From NCBI GenBank assembly GCA_964106645.2, contig OZ067039.1: DNA of 64,000 nt. The stretch is one strand, 5' to 3'. Position 1 is the first letter of the stretch. Each line of letters starts with the position of its first letter. Source of the stretch: Podarcis pityusensis (Eukaryota). A program made the translations under genes and the position numbers. Below the pieces are notes generated by a model, which ran no database searches, had not been told where the DNA came from, and saw nothing but the letters and a program-made list of their open reading frames with translations. Shown here one piece after another: positions 1 to 12,290 of the stretch.

Positions 1-695
1 GGAATTGAGCTTGGGAGCTTATGGGTTGTGCTGCACCACATGCTCTCCATTTGGAAAGACATTCATCCTGGTGGCCCAACTGTAAGGACAAGATATTGTG
101 CAAAGGATCCACATTTCTGGGCTGTGGGGATCAGAAGCTCTGATTCCATCCTCCCAGATTTCCATTTTGGAACTGATGCTACAAAGCCAAGGGGCAGTTA
201 GCTTAAATCCCTCCTATCATGCTCCATTTTGACCCTTTTTTTCCTAGCACTGCCAAGGAATCATTACACCCTTGTCAAGGTGCAGGGATTGTCCCCTCCA
301 TCATGCATGTGGGTATCGTTACCTCCTGATGCATGTTAGTGAATGGAGATGCCTCTCATTAAGGACAGTTCTTGCCTTGCTACTTAATGAGACAACAGCT
401 ATGTAAGCTTGCTCTGGAATGGATTTTCAGTCCAGGAACCAAGTCTCCTGTTATTCCTTAACTTATTATTACAGAAGACAGCACTTCTGAGCACATACAG
501 AACATCTCTCTCTTGCCACTGTGCCATCACAACTGGCCTAAGCGGTGCCTGGGTAGAAAGCCCAGGTCCAGGCAGGCTTGTGCCTTCTGTCGTCTCATTT
601 TACAGAAGTAGCAATGTTCTTGTTCAGAATTGCCTTGCTACAAGCCTTATTTTAGTTTTATTTGATTTAAGCTGCTTTTTGCCTGTGTCTTGCAG

Positions 696-710
696 GGTAA
701 AACAGCCCAG
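696..710 (+). CDS. TWF2: Candidate 15-nt microexon of twinfilin-2 (GKTAQ)
   Basis: Acceptor ttttgcctgtgtcttgcag, exon GGTAAAACAGCCCAG, consensus donor CAG|gtaagt. Length 15 nt, phase 0-0, compatible with the phase-0 acceptor at 9951. Confidence 0.6.
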
Positions 711-3700
711 GTAAGTGCTTTTTGTTGCTTGCTTTCTATCATTTCTCTGTCTTTCCAATTTCCTTGAGTGAAGGGCAGAGCTCTGACGACAAAAGCCTGA
801 AATACGTATTAGTACTGGTATCTTTTCCATAGGCTCAAGTACTAGTGACGCAGACACAGAGAGAGGTTTAACTGGGCAATCTTTGTATCTCAAGGTGCTA
901 GCATCATGTTAGGCATTTAACACGTAAGGGCCCATCCCTGTCCCCGGCTTCGCTAAGCCCTTTGAAACTTAAGACTGCCCCTTTCTCCCTCTGCCTTAGT
1001 TTTCAAGTGCCCTTGGCATGTCTAAGTAGACTGAGGGGCAGAATTTATTAGACTCGACAATTAGGTAAAGAACGCTAGCAGATCCCCATTGATAAGCCTC
1101 TGCTAGCCTTGACCTGTTTGTTTACTGGAGGCAAATGGCTGGTGATAACAGTTCTGGACCAGTAGGGAAAATGGCACACGTTATTGACTGCAGGGTTCAT
1201 AATCAAGCAGTGGATTTTAGCTGGTGCTAGAAGGGGGGCTCTGCTTCTTTAAAGGGTGGTGGTGGAAATCGGTGTGCTGTGAGTTGTATTTCTTCCATGC
1301 TTGCCTTTCTGTGCCTAACGCATGAGTGCCTGTTTGTGCAGTGCTTCTGTGCTCCTTCACCCCAAGAGAGAGGTTGCTGAGTGTTTGGAGTGTTGCTTTT
1401 CTGTGACTTGCCTGACTTCCCAGGACGGCATTCAGGTGGCCCATTAGGCACATCTCGGCGTTTCTTTCCCAACCTTCTAGTGTTCAGGTTGAATGCTCTC
1501 AAAACTAGTTTTGTTCTTTTCAAAAGCTCTCTGTCGTAGTACTCTGTCATGTTCTTGCATCAGAGTCACATCAGTGTTGGAAAAGCAAGCTGTGTAAGTA
1601 GCCTAAAGGAAATGGGACAATTTAACAGCACCGCCCTGTGCATGTTTACTCAGAAGTAAGTCCCTTTGAGTTCACTAAAAACTTGCTCCCAGGTTTTATT
1701 CTTAATATCCCTTCATCCCTGTGCAGCAAAAAAGGCGTCAGTCTTCTTGCGTAAGATCGTTTTGGCTGTGCACGGCTGTTTGCCCATGTGAAATGCTTGA
1801 AGGCCAAATCCTTTTGCACTCCTGTTCTTCAAATCCAAAGGACGTTAAGAGGGTTTCCCCTCCCCCCCCCCAACATCACTTTTAAATATAATACAAATTT
1901 CAAAGGTTTTGAAAGCAGTAGTAAATCGCAAATTAGAAGTGCCCATGGATCATAGGAGCCAACTCCTAGAGACCAAGGTACCTTTGCACACCCCTCCAAT
2001 AAAATAATTGAGGGGGCCACCCCCCAAAAGTTGATGGGCACTGCCATTCAGATGGTGGGCATGTATCGTGTTTTGTGATCAGTTATGTGGTGTGAGGCTT
2101 AGCTCCCCTCTCCCCCCTGCCAAATATTTCATTCAAGTTGGCACCCCTGCCTTGGATAGGATGGATTTGGTTAAAATCAGTGCTATTTTTATCAAAAAAA
2201 GAGGTGCTAGAACTCACCATGAATGCCTCCTTCTTTCTCTTAGAATGGCAATGGCACCCACCTGAGAGGTGCTGGAACTGCGTTCTGCCAAGCTCACTCT
2301 GAAAATAAGCTGTGGTTAAAATGCATCATAGAGAAAGCTGTGAGGTTTTCATGGGATCGTTCTCTACAATGAATATGAAAACTCCATGCAGTATCTAAAA
2401 ACCATTTTGAATGACTGCTGTGTGTTCACATGCGCTAGAATGTGCATGCCAGGTTGGAAAGTTTTTGAATGCGGCCACCATTGAAATGTTCTACTCTGCA
2501 TAATAAATCATTTGGAAATTATGACAATTATATCACTTTGAAACATTTGTTAATTTGGAGAGGCATAGAAATAAAAATGGGGACTTCAATGTGTGTGTCA
2601 AGGCAAGTATGCAAGGTATTTGGAGTCTGGCACGCAGTACTGGACGGTGTCTCTGAAATGGCAGTAATTTGTATTAGTTCAGAAATACCCAAGAATGAAT
2701 GTGAAGACTTCAGTAGTATACCATGTTCTATGGAGTTAGAAAAAATAGGCTGTCAAATAATCCAAATGTTACACCAGTGCAGATTTCCTTTTGAAATCTC
2801 AGGTGTAAAGGTGCTACTGACTCTTTTGGGGAGGCAATATTTTGTGCTTTTAGTGCATACCATTAAGATTACTCTGATTGTGGATGTTTACCAAAGAGAA
2901 GTAGAGAAATGATGGATACCATATTTGGCTGAGTTCCAAGGGCAGGCTTAAGACTTGGGAATTTCCGGACTTTCAGCATTAAACCCTTCCATCTTATTCT
3001 GGTTTCTTGTAACAGAACATAAAAATGCACTTGAAAGTTCTTTAGCCCATCTGAAACCTGCATAGTTCTTTAGCTCAAATTAACATAGGAGTGATTTCTT
3101 AAGACAGAATTGCAGTTTCTCTTAGAACTTTTTATTGCAATATCTTCAGAGACAGAGAGAGAACAGTTTAGCATTTCCTTTTCAGGGTCCAAGGCCCTCT
3201 AGACACAGTTACCTGGTTGTATGTCCCACCAAAGTCAATAGGGCTTTCTTCTGAGTAGACATACATAGGATCACACTGTGAACGACTAGGGGCCCAAACC
3301 AGCCACCCATTCACCCGCTTGCCATACTAGATGTGAAATGTGTCTGGAGAAAGTAGCATTTATGGTAACAAAAGTTGCTGGCAGATTTCTTTTTAGGAGA
3401 TGGAGGTTGATGCGCTGACCCATAGTCCATGTCTCCGTTCAGGAAAACTGGCTGATGCTCAGGGTCATGTTACCTCGAAAAACGTTGTTCTGTCAATAAA
3501 TCCTGTCACTTGAACCAAGTGGGCCTCTTCGTTCCACTGCAGAGTCTGTGACTGACAGGTGGTTCTGAACCCTAAAGCACGATGGCTTCGCTTGTTCAAT
3601 TTAAGTCAGTACTTTATTGTACTGTGCTAGTCCACAAGTCAGTATATCAAACATGGTCTTCTTTGGAAATTATCCAAAAAGTAGATCCCAGTGTTTTCCA

Positions 3701-5539
3701 CTGCAGGTTAACCACATCTTATCTGTTATGGAAGATTCTAAACCAACTGCAGCCTGTGGTTTATGATCCTGACTTGTTCTGTAACTGGTAAAAATAGTTT
3801 CTAGGATCAGAGGAAACATGAAACTGTGGTTAAGTAGAGACTTCCTGGTTAATTGTAGCCCATTCACAGGGAGGAGCAAAGCACTGTGTGCATGGCCAAA
3901 AAGCTCATTATTTTTTAATTCGTTCTTTATGTCTTTCTTCAATGATACCTTTTCCCCAAAAGAAACAATATAACAAAACGAAGTATAGGTTGCTGAAGGC
4001 CTGAAAATACAATACACATATTATAAGCAAAACTGAACATTATCATTAATTTAAGAGAGTTATTCATGGAATTAGCAATTATAATATGTTCATATAGCAA
4101 TCAAGTCCTTTCAATAATATTGTTATTAAGCCAAATAAGATAATCTGAATGTGGCCATTCTGTATTTTGCTTTCTTCTTCATCTTCTCTGCATATTTCTG
4201 TATGAAGGAATTGTGTGGCATTCCTTCTAGTTTTCGTAAAAGTAACCCTGTGTGAATGAACTCCATTAGAAGGCCTGTGGTAAATGCATGAAACTATTTT
4301 ACTGTCTTGTGCACAATGTCAGGGTTTGCTAAAACGTTTAGATACCGCAAAGACTTTCTTTAGCGTGGCTCAAACTCTGATCCATTTCTGTATTGGTGAA
4401 CCTCCTTTCTGGAGGGCTTTAGTACAGAGCTAACCTTGTTGCCATTTTGTTTTGCATGTGCTCCAAGGATCTTCATTCCCTGGCCTCCAGCAGTGAGATG
4501 GTAGGCCCTTGTCCTCCTCAAAGTCTATTTCACTTTTTTTGGTGACAATTCCCCAATACACTGTATATAGCATTATCCATTGTCCTCTACAATGAACCGT
4601 TTTCTCAAATGGTTCTGCATTTATTTGCTGTTCCTGTTTCTTCGCTTCACTTGCCCTCAGTACGTACTCAGATTCCCAGGAGTCTTACACTGAGAAGATG
4701 GTAGGCTTGGTGATGTGTGTTCCTCCTCCCTCACAGTTATGTTTTCCTTATGGAGCTCCTTCTCTTGCATGTGCCAGCTCTCACCTCAAGCTCAAAGCCT
4801 CTTTTTAAGAGGAAGAGCTACTGTCGTTCTATAGAAGCCACTTCACCCAGCAGCTTGTAATGCAACCATTTTCAGAAATAGTAAACACTTATTGCCTCCT
4901 TCCTGCCTCAGCAGTGTGTTGAGTTAATCCATTGTAGTCCCTCATGGTGTGGTGAGAAGTTCCAGTCTCAAGTCAGCCAACGTCTCTTCAGGCATGCCAC
5001 CCCCACCCCCCTCTCTGTGCCTCTGTTTCTCTCTCCAAATGCCTTATTGGGGTATCATAAACATTACTGATGCAATCTTTGTGGAGCACAGAGCAATGTA
5101 AATACTGAAATATAAATATGACTCCTTAAAATTAGCCTCATTAAAATATTTTGTAAACCTTGAGTTTTCCCCAAGCCTGTTGACACTCCCCCTTGGGCAT
5201 GGATGTTGCCATGTTGGGTATATATAAGATTGACAGTCGTGGAATTAATTTATCATTTAACTATAGAGTAATTTGGGGGGTGGGGAGGTCAGGAATCAGT
5301 GGGACTCTAGGGCTTCCTTATTTCTCAGCCTGCTGGCTCTCTTTTGTGCCATTGCAAGAAGGTGAGGGCTAAAGAGTCTTTTTAGCCTCTGTTTTTATTA
5401 CCTTACATTTAAAGTAAGTACAAACTCACTTCTGAGCTACCAAGTATCATAGTAAGTTACCTAGTTTGTTTATTCATTTGATTGTATTTATAGTCCATTT
5501 TACTTCAAGCCCCTCAAAAGTAGTATACATAGTCTTCAC

Positions 5540-5695
5540 CCCAACGCGAACTATATCAAAACTTGTAGAGTAGCAGAGGCGGAGAGATTGTGACTGGCCC
5601 CAAATCATGCAGTAACTTTGTGCATGAATGGGAATTTGAACCCTGGGCTCCCAGTCCTATTTCAACACTCTATCCACCATACCACACTGGCTCTC
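5540..5695 (-). mobile_element. Old MIR/Ther1-like tRNA-derived SINE fragment
   Basis: Degenerate ...ggaatttgaaccctgg...ccaccataccacactggctctc end, the reverse complement of a tRNA-like head. Confidence 0.55.
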
Positions 5696-6604
5696 ATTTG
5701 CTTGGGAATTTTGTTTATACAGTGAAGTGGAGGATATGTGGCTGAACGCCTGTACATTTTCTTGGCTGGTCTTTCCCTGTGAAAGTGGGACAGATTATGT
5801 TGCTAGTGCTGCCTTCTGATAATATCAACTGAGAAATTTTCTAGAAAAGGGAATGCTGACCTGAATAGCAAATGGCATTCTTATGAAAGTGCATAATGTG
5901 ACGTTTAGTGTGAGTGTGTATTGTGGGAAGATGTTAATGCTGCCCTCCTGTTGCACTTCTGCACCATGCAGATGTAGGCAAAGCCTTGCAGACACAACCT
6001 CAGCCTCTTTGGCTTCCCAGGGCCATTGTCCAACTGAAAGCATTTGGCAACATTTTTGGATGGCGTTGGTCAACAGAAAAAGTAATTGTGTGCTTTCCAT
6101 TGAAAAATGGCCACATCCTCTTTGCACACAATACGAAACAAAAACCTACAAGCAACACTCGAAACCACTTCCCCAGCCATTGTGCAATCAGTCACATACG
6201 CTTGCTTGGCCCCACTGAGTGCATGCTCAAGACTGTGGGACGGAAGCCATCATCTTTAAGTTCAACGGGGGTTTGAAAAGCTGGCTGGTTCCTTCCACCC
6301 CCAAAGTCAAGGCAGAACCCATTGCAGAAATTTCACCTCCAAAAAATGGGCATCTGTGCCTAGTGAAGCAGCTCTTCTGTATCTGAGGTGGTATACCTGT
6401 TGGCAACATTTCAGACCAGGAGTGGGGAATCTCTTTCAGCCTGAAGACTATGTTACCTTACAGGCCACCTTGGAAGGGTGGGCACATGCCAGTGGTGGCT
6501 GAGGCCAGAGGCAAAGGTAGACTGAGCAATGGGTGCAACAGCAGGCTGGATTCCAGCCTCACAAAAGCCAGAGGTTTTGACACTATCCCACACTGCTCTC
6601 TATC

Positions 6605-6711
6605 TGTTTAGGGAAGCTTTTAATGTTTAATAGATTATTGTATTTTAATATTCTGTTGGAAGCTGCCCAGGTGGCTGGGGAAACCCAGCCAGATGGGCGG
6701 GGTATAAATAA

Positions 6712-6749
<38 letters not shown>

Positions 6750-6750
6750 C
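6605..6750 (+). mobile_element. L2-type LINE 3' end with (TTA)n tail
   Basis: ctgtttagggaagc...gtggctggggaaacccagccagatgggcggggtataaat followed by (tta)n; same sequence occurs inverted at 22.7 and 42.7 kb. Confidence 0.7.
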
Positions 6751-9700
6751 ATCATCCTGCAAACAAGGACACATTCCAGGCAGGCAAAGGCACTCTTGTG
6801 GTGAGGCAGAGCAGTGAGGTGGGTGGGAGGGCACAGCTGGGGGAAAGTTTCAAGGGCCTAGAGGGCCGCATTCTTAACCCATGCGGCAGATGTTTTCCAC
6901 CCCCCTTTTAAGGATTGTGTTCTCCTGGAGTGCTTAGCGGCCCTTCTTGTCTATTAGCTCAGCCCACAATATGTGAAGACTTTCAGGTAACTCTTTTCTC
7001 TTGTCTCTGTCACAATGTGACTCCGTTTCCCTACGTTCTGCATGACAGATGGTAGTGGGCTGTTGCTGCTGCCCATCAGTGGTTGAATACCCTCACCTTG
7101 AGGAGGTAGGCGGCGTTGCCTGCATTTTGCTTTCTGCTCTCGCTGGGGGTGTGGTGGGGGATTCTTTCTCTTGATTGCCAGTTTGGTTGCATCCTTCTCT
7201 GTGTTCTCTCAAAGAAACAAACATTCCCAACAAACCAGAGTTCCGTTCCTGTGATGCTCACCAAGTGAGCGTGGGTCCCATTTTTCTAAATGGCCTTGAG
7301 AGAAATAAGTTCCCTAATGGGAGATGTGGATTTCTAACAGAAAGAAACTGATTCCCCGCCTTCCTTTTTGGAGTGGTTTTGGTATATACTGGTGAGCGAG
7401 TTTTGCTAATAGGGCATTAGAGATCTTCACTAATTCAGGGCCTATTCTGTGGAGGATTCCTTGTAACGCATGTAATTGCTTAAATGCTATCGTGATAAAT
7501 GTGGCACAGAGTGAGTGCTCCTGGATAAAAAAAAACAAACCACAGGAATTCAAGATAAATATGTTAAAGGGGGTGTTTATTTTTGAATTTGAAGGACATC
7601 AGGACAATCCTTACAATTCAGCCAAAGAATGTGGAAGCCTCTCCCAGTTTCTGTCTCGTGATGATAAACTTAGTAGGCTGCTTTGGAAATGCATAGATAA
7701 TGCCTCTGTATAGTAAGGATTTGTGCAGGTGAGATTGGGAGAGTGTTCCCTACACCGTGGGCAAGAGTTTAACTTACTTATTTACTGCATAGCATTGAAT
7801 GAGACCATCCCTGTAGTCTCAAGTCCAAGCAGATTGCTATGTGATCTCCTGGCTTCCATTTTAAATCCTGATCCTCATTTGAACGCTGGGGCTGGCTGAG
7901 ACAAAATGTTGGCCTTCAGAGCATTTTCAAAAGATTGAGGGAAGCTCCAGGCCTTGGTTAGAAGCTAGCAGCAAACTGAAGTGAGGTGAAATGTGTGGTT
8001 GTGTTTAACATATCTATCCCCACCACCACCACCTTCTGAATAAACAACCATGGAGATGGAAGTGAGTGATCAGGATTGAGACTATACCCTGTGAAGAGGG
8101 AGATTTCACCCTCTCCTGTGCTGCAGTCCCAGTGAAAATGTCCCCCAGACATCTGCTGCTACCCTCAGGAAGAAAGCTTCTGTTGATGCTTCCTTCGCAG
8201 GACGGGGTTGCAACTTCAGAAGTGGGGAGGAATCCCAATTGTGGCAGGATCTGTAATTTCTGTGTATACTACATAGGACTGTTCAGGACATCTAAACTGC
8301 CATTCACCACCACCTCATGTGGCTGCAAGTTCCTTAAATGAAGAACTACTTTCTTATGTCTGTCCTAAATGGCGTTTTCACAAGTTTGTCTTGTAGTTTT
8401 GGGTTCTCTGCCTCCTTTGCAGTAAGCAATACAGGGGTAGCCAACAAGGTGCCCTGCAGATGTTGCTAGACTCCAGCTCTCCTCAGTCCCAGCCAGCGTG
8501 ACCCAACTGGCTACTCCTGAAATAATACAGCATGATCTATTTTAAGTAGTATTATTTTCAGGCATTCCACATTTCCGGCTTTCTAACTGTGTCACTCATG
8601 GATTCTTCTACAGACCAGTTCCTTATTCTGATACTTAATATATTCCAAATTATATATGGGCAGAGCTGGGATTTTAATAATTTTTCATCTACTGGAAAAT
8701 GACATTTCTCTCTCATGATAAAAAGCAAAGCCTCGCTTTCACTCCTTTATCAAGAACGAAAGTGAAATATTGATAGTTACTCAATGAAGCGTGTGACCTA
8801 TTTCTTGCTCTTCTATAAAGCAGGAAGCAAAAAGCTAATGATTTTTCCTCTGGTGACACTGTGCAAAGCCTTATAAGGCTGTGGTCTACAGCCACTTGCA
8901 GTTATTTTGGAATGAATTTATTATTATTATTTTTAAGCTAAGACTGCGAGGATGTGTATGTGTTAGTGCACCAAAGTCGCCAGAATTAGTCACAACATTT
9001 CCCCTTCTTAAGACTGTATTTTAATTATTATTTTTTTAAAAAATGTGACATTTGAACTGCAACAATTAACCAATTTCATAAATCTAATGAGAAACTTCCT
9101 TTCTCTCTCCTCTGTAAATCTTGTCCCATTCCTCCACAAAAAACCTTCTCTGATTTAAAAACAAGATAAAACATGGGCAGGTACAAAAGAATATGGTGTG
9201 TGTGGTGGAGAGGGGTTGGATAAAGATCGGAACAGATGTACAATTTGGTTTTCAATGAATGCTTCTATTCAGAACCTATGGAATACACTTGACCAAAAAT
9301 TGGGGAGGGATTGCATGTGTTTTTCTTTTCAGCTGGTCTAATGTTAGGGGCTAGCTCAGGGAGCCTGATTTCTGGGTCTTTTGTGCTGGGCCCCATATCT
9401 TCTGCCCCTTTCCTCAACTTAAACTTTGCTTTTATTGCAAAGCACAGTGCTGGCGAGACCCCAGCCACTCACTGTCTTAATTTGCTCAGAGACCTAAATT
9501 TGTGCATATATAGAGCACACGCAAATTTATTTCATATTCCATTTCCCAGAGGGGTTTTTTAGGTACTGAGAAGCGCCCCTGCTTGCAACTGCCTACCAAA
9601 CCTGGTGGTGGTGTTTTGAAAGCAAACTTTGCCAGTGCCTCAATGCAAAACCTGCCCCAGGATTCTTCTTCTGGCCTCCAGACTTGATGCATCAGTCTAG

Positions 9701-9950
9701 GGAGCAGGGCACCAGGCTTCTCCACTGGTCCTCTCCTTGGTCCAGCATTGTGGACAGGCTCCATCCCCATGTGCCATGGCAGCTGCTAGCAGCCCCTTGC
9801 CACAGGCTCTTTCCCTTCCAGGGTGCATCAGCTTCTGAGCGCCCCGAGTCCCAGCAGCATGGCTTGTGTTTTGCTGTCACCTTTGTTTCTTTCCTCCTTC
9901 CTTCATTTCACCTCTGTTCCTTTTCCCCCATCCCCACCCCTGTTAAACAG

Positions 9951-10076
9951 GTCAAGACTGAAATCAGCGTCGAAAGCAAACACCAGACCCTCCAGGGACT
10001 GGCTTTTCCTTTGCAGCCAGAAGCTCAGCAGGCCATCCAGTTACTAAAACAGAAGAAGATCAATTACATCCAGCTG
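9951..10076 (+). CDS. TWF2: Twinfilin-2 coding exon ([12 protein letters not shown]...INYIQL), 126 nt
   Basis: Translation matches the twinfilin-2 linker and start of the second ADF-H domain. Boundaries aaacag| and |gtgaga. Confidence 0.96.
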
Positions 10077-10220
10077 GTGAGAAGTCCGTTTTTCACTATT
10101 CAGTTTGGCCTTTTGAACATCTCTTGGACTTCTGTGCAAGCCCTGCTTGTTCAAAGGCTCTTGGTTTCCCCCGAGCCAAATGTTGTTCTGAACTGTGTCC
10201 TCTTGCCTTTGTTTATACAG

Positions 10221-10371
10221 AAGCTGGACCTGGAACGGGAGACCATAGACTTGGTCCACACCAACGCCACTGAGATAGCAGACCTGCCTAAAAGAATTCC
10301 TCAGGATTCGGCCCGTTACCACTTCTTCCTGTATAAGCACTCTCACGAGGGAGATTATCTGGAGTCAGTTG
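10221..10371 (+). CDS. TWF2: Twinfilin-2 coding exon (KLDLERETI...DYLESV), 151 nt
   Basis: [20 protein letters not shown] motif. Boundaries tacag| and |gtaagc. Confidence 0.96.
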
Positions 10372-10673
10372 GTAAGCTCTGGCCAAATCTACAGCCTTGT
10401 CTTTGTTTTTTTTACAGACCAGAATTTTGCTTCTGTATCTGTGCCTGTCCTTTCTTTCTTTCTTTCATTCATTCATCCTTCCCTCCCTCCCTCTAGACAG
10501 GCATAGGAATTTATTTTCTGAATGTATCAAAGGGTTCTCCCCACCAGTGCAGATTCTTCTGTCCATGAATCTGGGGAACCGTGAGAATGTGCCTGTTAAG
10601 TCCTTTCTGATGATATGTATTTGCTCATGCAATTTCTCCAGTGCCAGAAGCCTCATAAGCCATCGGTTTAGTG

Positions 10674-10809
10674 CAGTGATGGCCAAACTTGGCCCTCCAG
10701 CTGTTTTGGGACTACAATTCCCATCATCCTTGACCACTGGACCTGTTAGCTAGGGATGATGAGAGTTGTAGTCACATAACAGCTGGAGGGTCAAGTTTGG
10801 CCATCACTG
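10674..10809. mobile_element. hAT-type MITE
   Basis: TIRs cagtgatggccaaact / agtttggccatcactg, internally palindromic, with perfect 8-bp TSD gtttagtg (10666-10673 and 10810-10817). Confidence 0.88.
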
Positions 10810-11033
10810 GTTTAGTGCAAAGAATTCCGATATAACCAATGCTAGAGCTTTTAGAAACAATACAGTACATGAAAAGGAAAATGCTCGCCTGCAAAACTTT
10901 TTCCTACTCTTTGTGTTCTGCACTTCCTTCCATTATAGTTGTTGCATGCATGGTTTTGCTCCCTATAGTTTTGTGGAATTAATCATGGCTGTGCCCAGGG
11001 ATGACTGATTGCCCTGTTTTCTCTTCCTTGCAG

Positions 11034-11155
11034 TATTTATCTACTCCATGCCTGGTTACAAATGTAGCATCAAGGAGCGCATGTTGTACTCCAGCTGCAA
11101 GAGCCGACTGCTTGACTCCGTGGAACAAGAATTCTGCCTAGAGATTGCAAAGAAG
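11034..11155 (+). CDS. TWF2: Twinfilin-2 coding exon (VFIYSMPGYKCSIKERMLYSSCK...IAKK), 122 nt
   Basis: Conserved ADF-H motif KERMLYSSCK. Boundaries ttgcag| and |gtaagc; phase is consistent with the previous exon. Confidence 0.96.
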
Positions 11156-11349
11156 GTAAGCCTAGGCTGCCGCCACCCCTTGACCCTTAAATTTATATTT
11201 GATGAAATCCTCCTCCTTCCATATGGACACTGGGAGCTGTGGATGGTGTGAAGGACTGGTGGGACAGTAGATGAAGATTCTTCCGGAGGAATTCCTCAGG
11301 ACCCAGTATATAACTTGTGGGAAGTGTCCCAACGTTGGTCTTAAAAACC

Positions 11350-11790
11350 TTAAGACCAATCATTAAAAAAATATTTAAATACTTTAGTAGCAGAAGATCA
11401 GCTAGAGAGGCAGTTGGGCTTTTGGATGACAAGGGTGTCAAATATGTGTTAAAGAAGGAAAATGAGACTGCAGGAAAGGTGAATGAATCAGCTGCATCTG
11501 TCTTCCCAGCAGAAGATGTAGGTCAAATCCTGGCCATCTAAGGAAACTGTGCCTTGTCCCTAAGAACAGATTGCAGATTGGAAAATTGCTGATTTTTAAA
11601 AAAAGGATCCAAGGGATTACAAGCCAGTTAGCTTAACTTGTGTTTTGGGGAAACTGGTGGAAACCATTATTAAGGATAGAATTACCAAGCATCTGAAAGA
11701 AGAGTTCTTTGCAGTCATGGGATGAGAGGACAGGTCCTCTCTTAGATGAGTAACGGCTTAAGGAAAAGGAAGCAGAGAATAGGAATAACT
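11350..11790 (+). mobile_element. Decayed CR1-type LINE ORF2 fragments in the last TWF2 intron
   Basis: Translations KIFKYFSSRRSAREAVGLLDDKG...KVNESAASVF and GKLVETIIKDRITKHL resemble CR1 ORF2. Confidence 0.65.
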
Positions 11791-12122
11791 GGGTAGTTCT
11801 CACAGTGGGGGGGGGGGGAATGGGAATGAAGGAACTCTTGGCCAAGAGAAATTTCAAAATTGCATGGCTGACCTACGAAATGATGAAAACCTCGTTGCTC
11901 AGATGAGGAGCTGTGATACTCAGATTCTGGAGATGAAAAGTAGATCTGGTTGGAAGCAACATTTTAGAGTTGCTGCTGGATGGTAGAAATGACTTTGGGG
12001 AAAGAGGTGGATGAGGGAGGTAAGAGTGGCATTACGAGGAAGACAGTCCTTGTCTCATCTGAGATGTAGGTGTTTTCAGAGGCCAAGGCAGAGGACTGCA
12101 TCTCCTCTTTCCTCTTTGCCAG

Positions 12123-12290
12123 ATTGAAATTGATGATGGAGCTGAGCTGACAGCAGAGTTCCTGTATGATGAGGTCCACCCCAAGCAGCATGCCTTCAAG
12201 CAGGCCTTTGCCAAACCCAAGGGGCCTGTGGGAAAGAGGGGACAGAAGCGACTTATCAAAGGACCAGGCGAGAATGGTGAAGACAGTTAA
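12123..12290 (+). CDS. TWF2: Twinfilin-2 last coding exon ([35 protein letters not shown]...GEDS*)
   Basis: Acceptor ctctttgccag; C-terminal capping-protein-binding tail FAKPKGP; TAA at 12288-12290. Confidence 0.96.
   Translation: MEIDDGAELTAEFLYDEVHPKQHAFKQAFAKPKGPVGKRGQKRLIKGPGENGEDS

Noticed and set aside
9684-10496. 270-aa single ORF
   Set aside because: It is two TWF2 exons read through a 144-nt stop-free intron plus flanking intron sequence.
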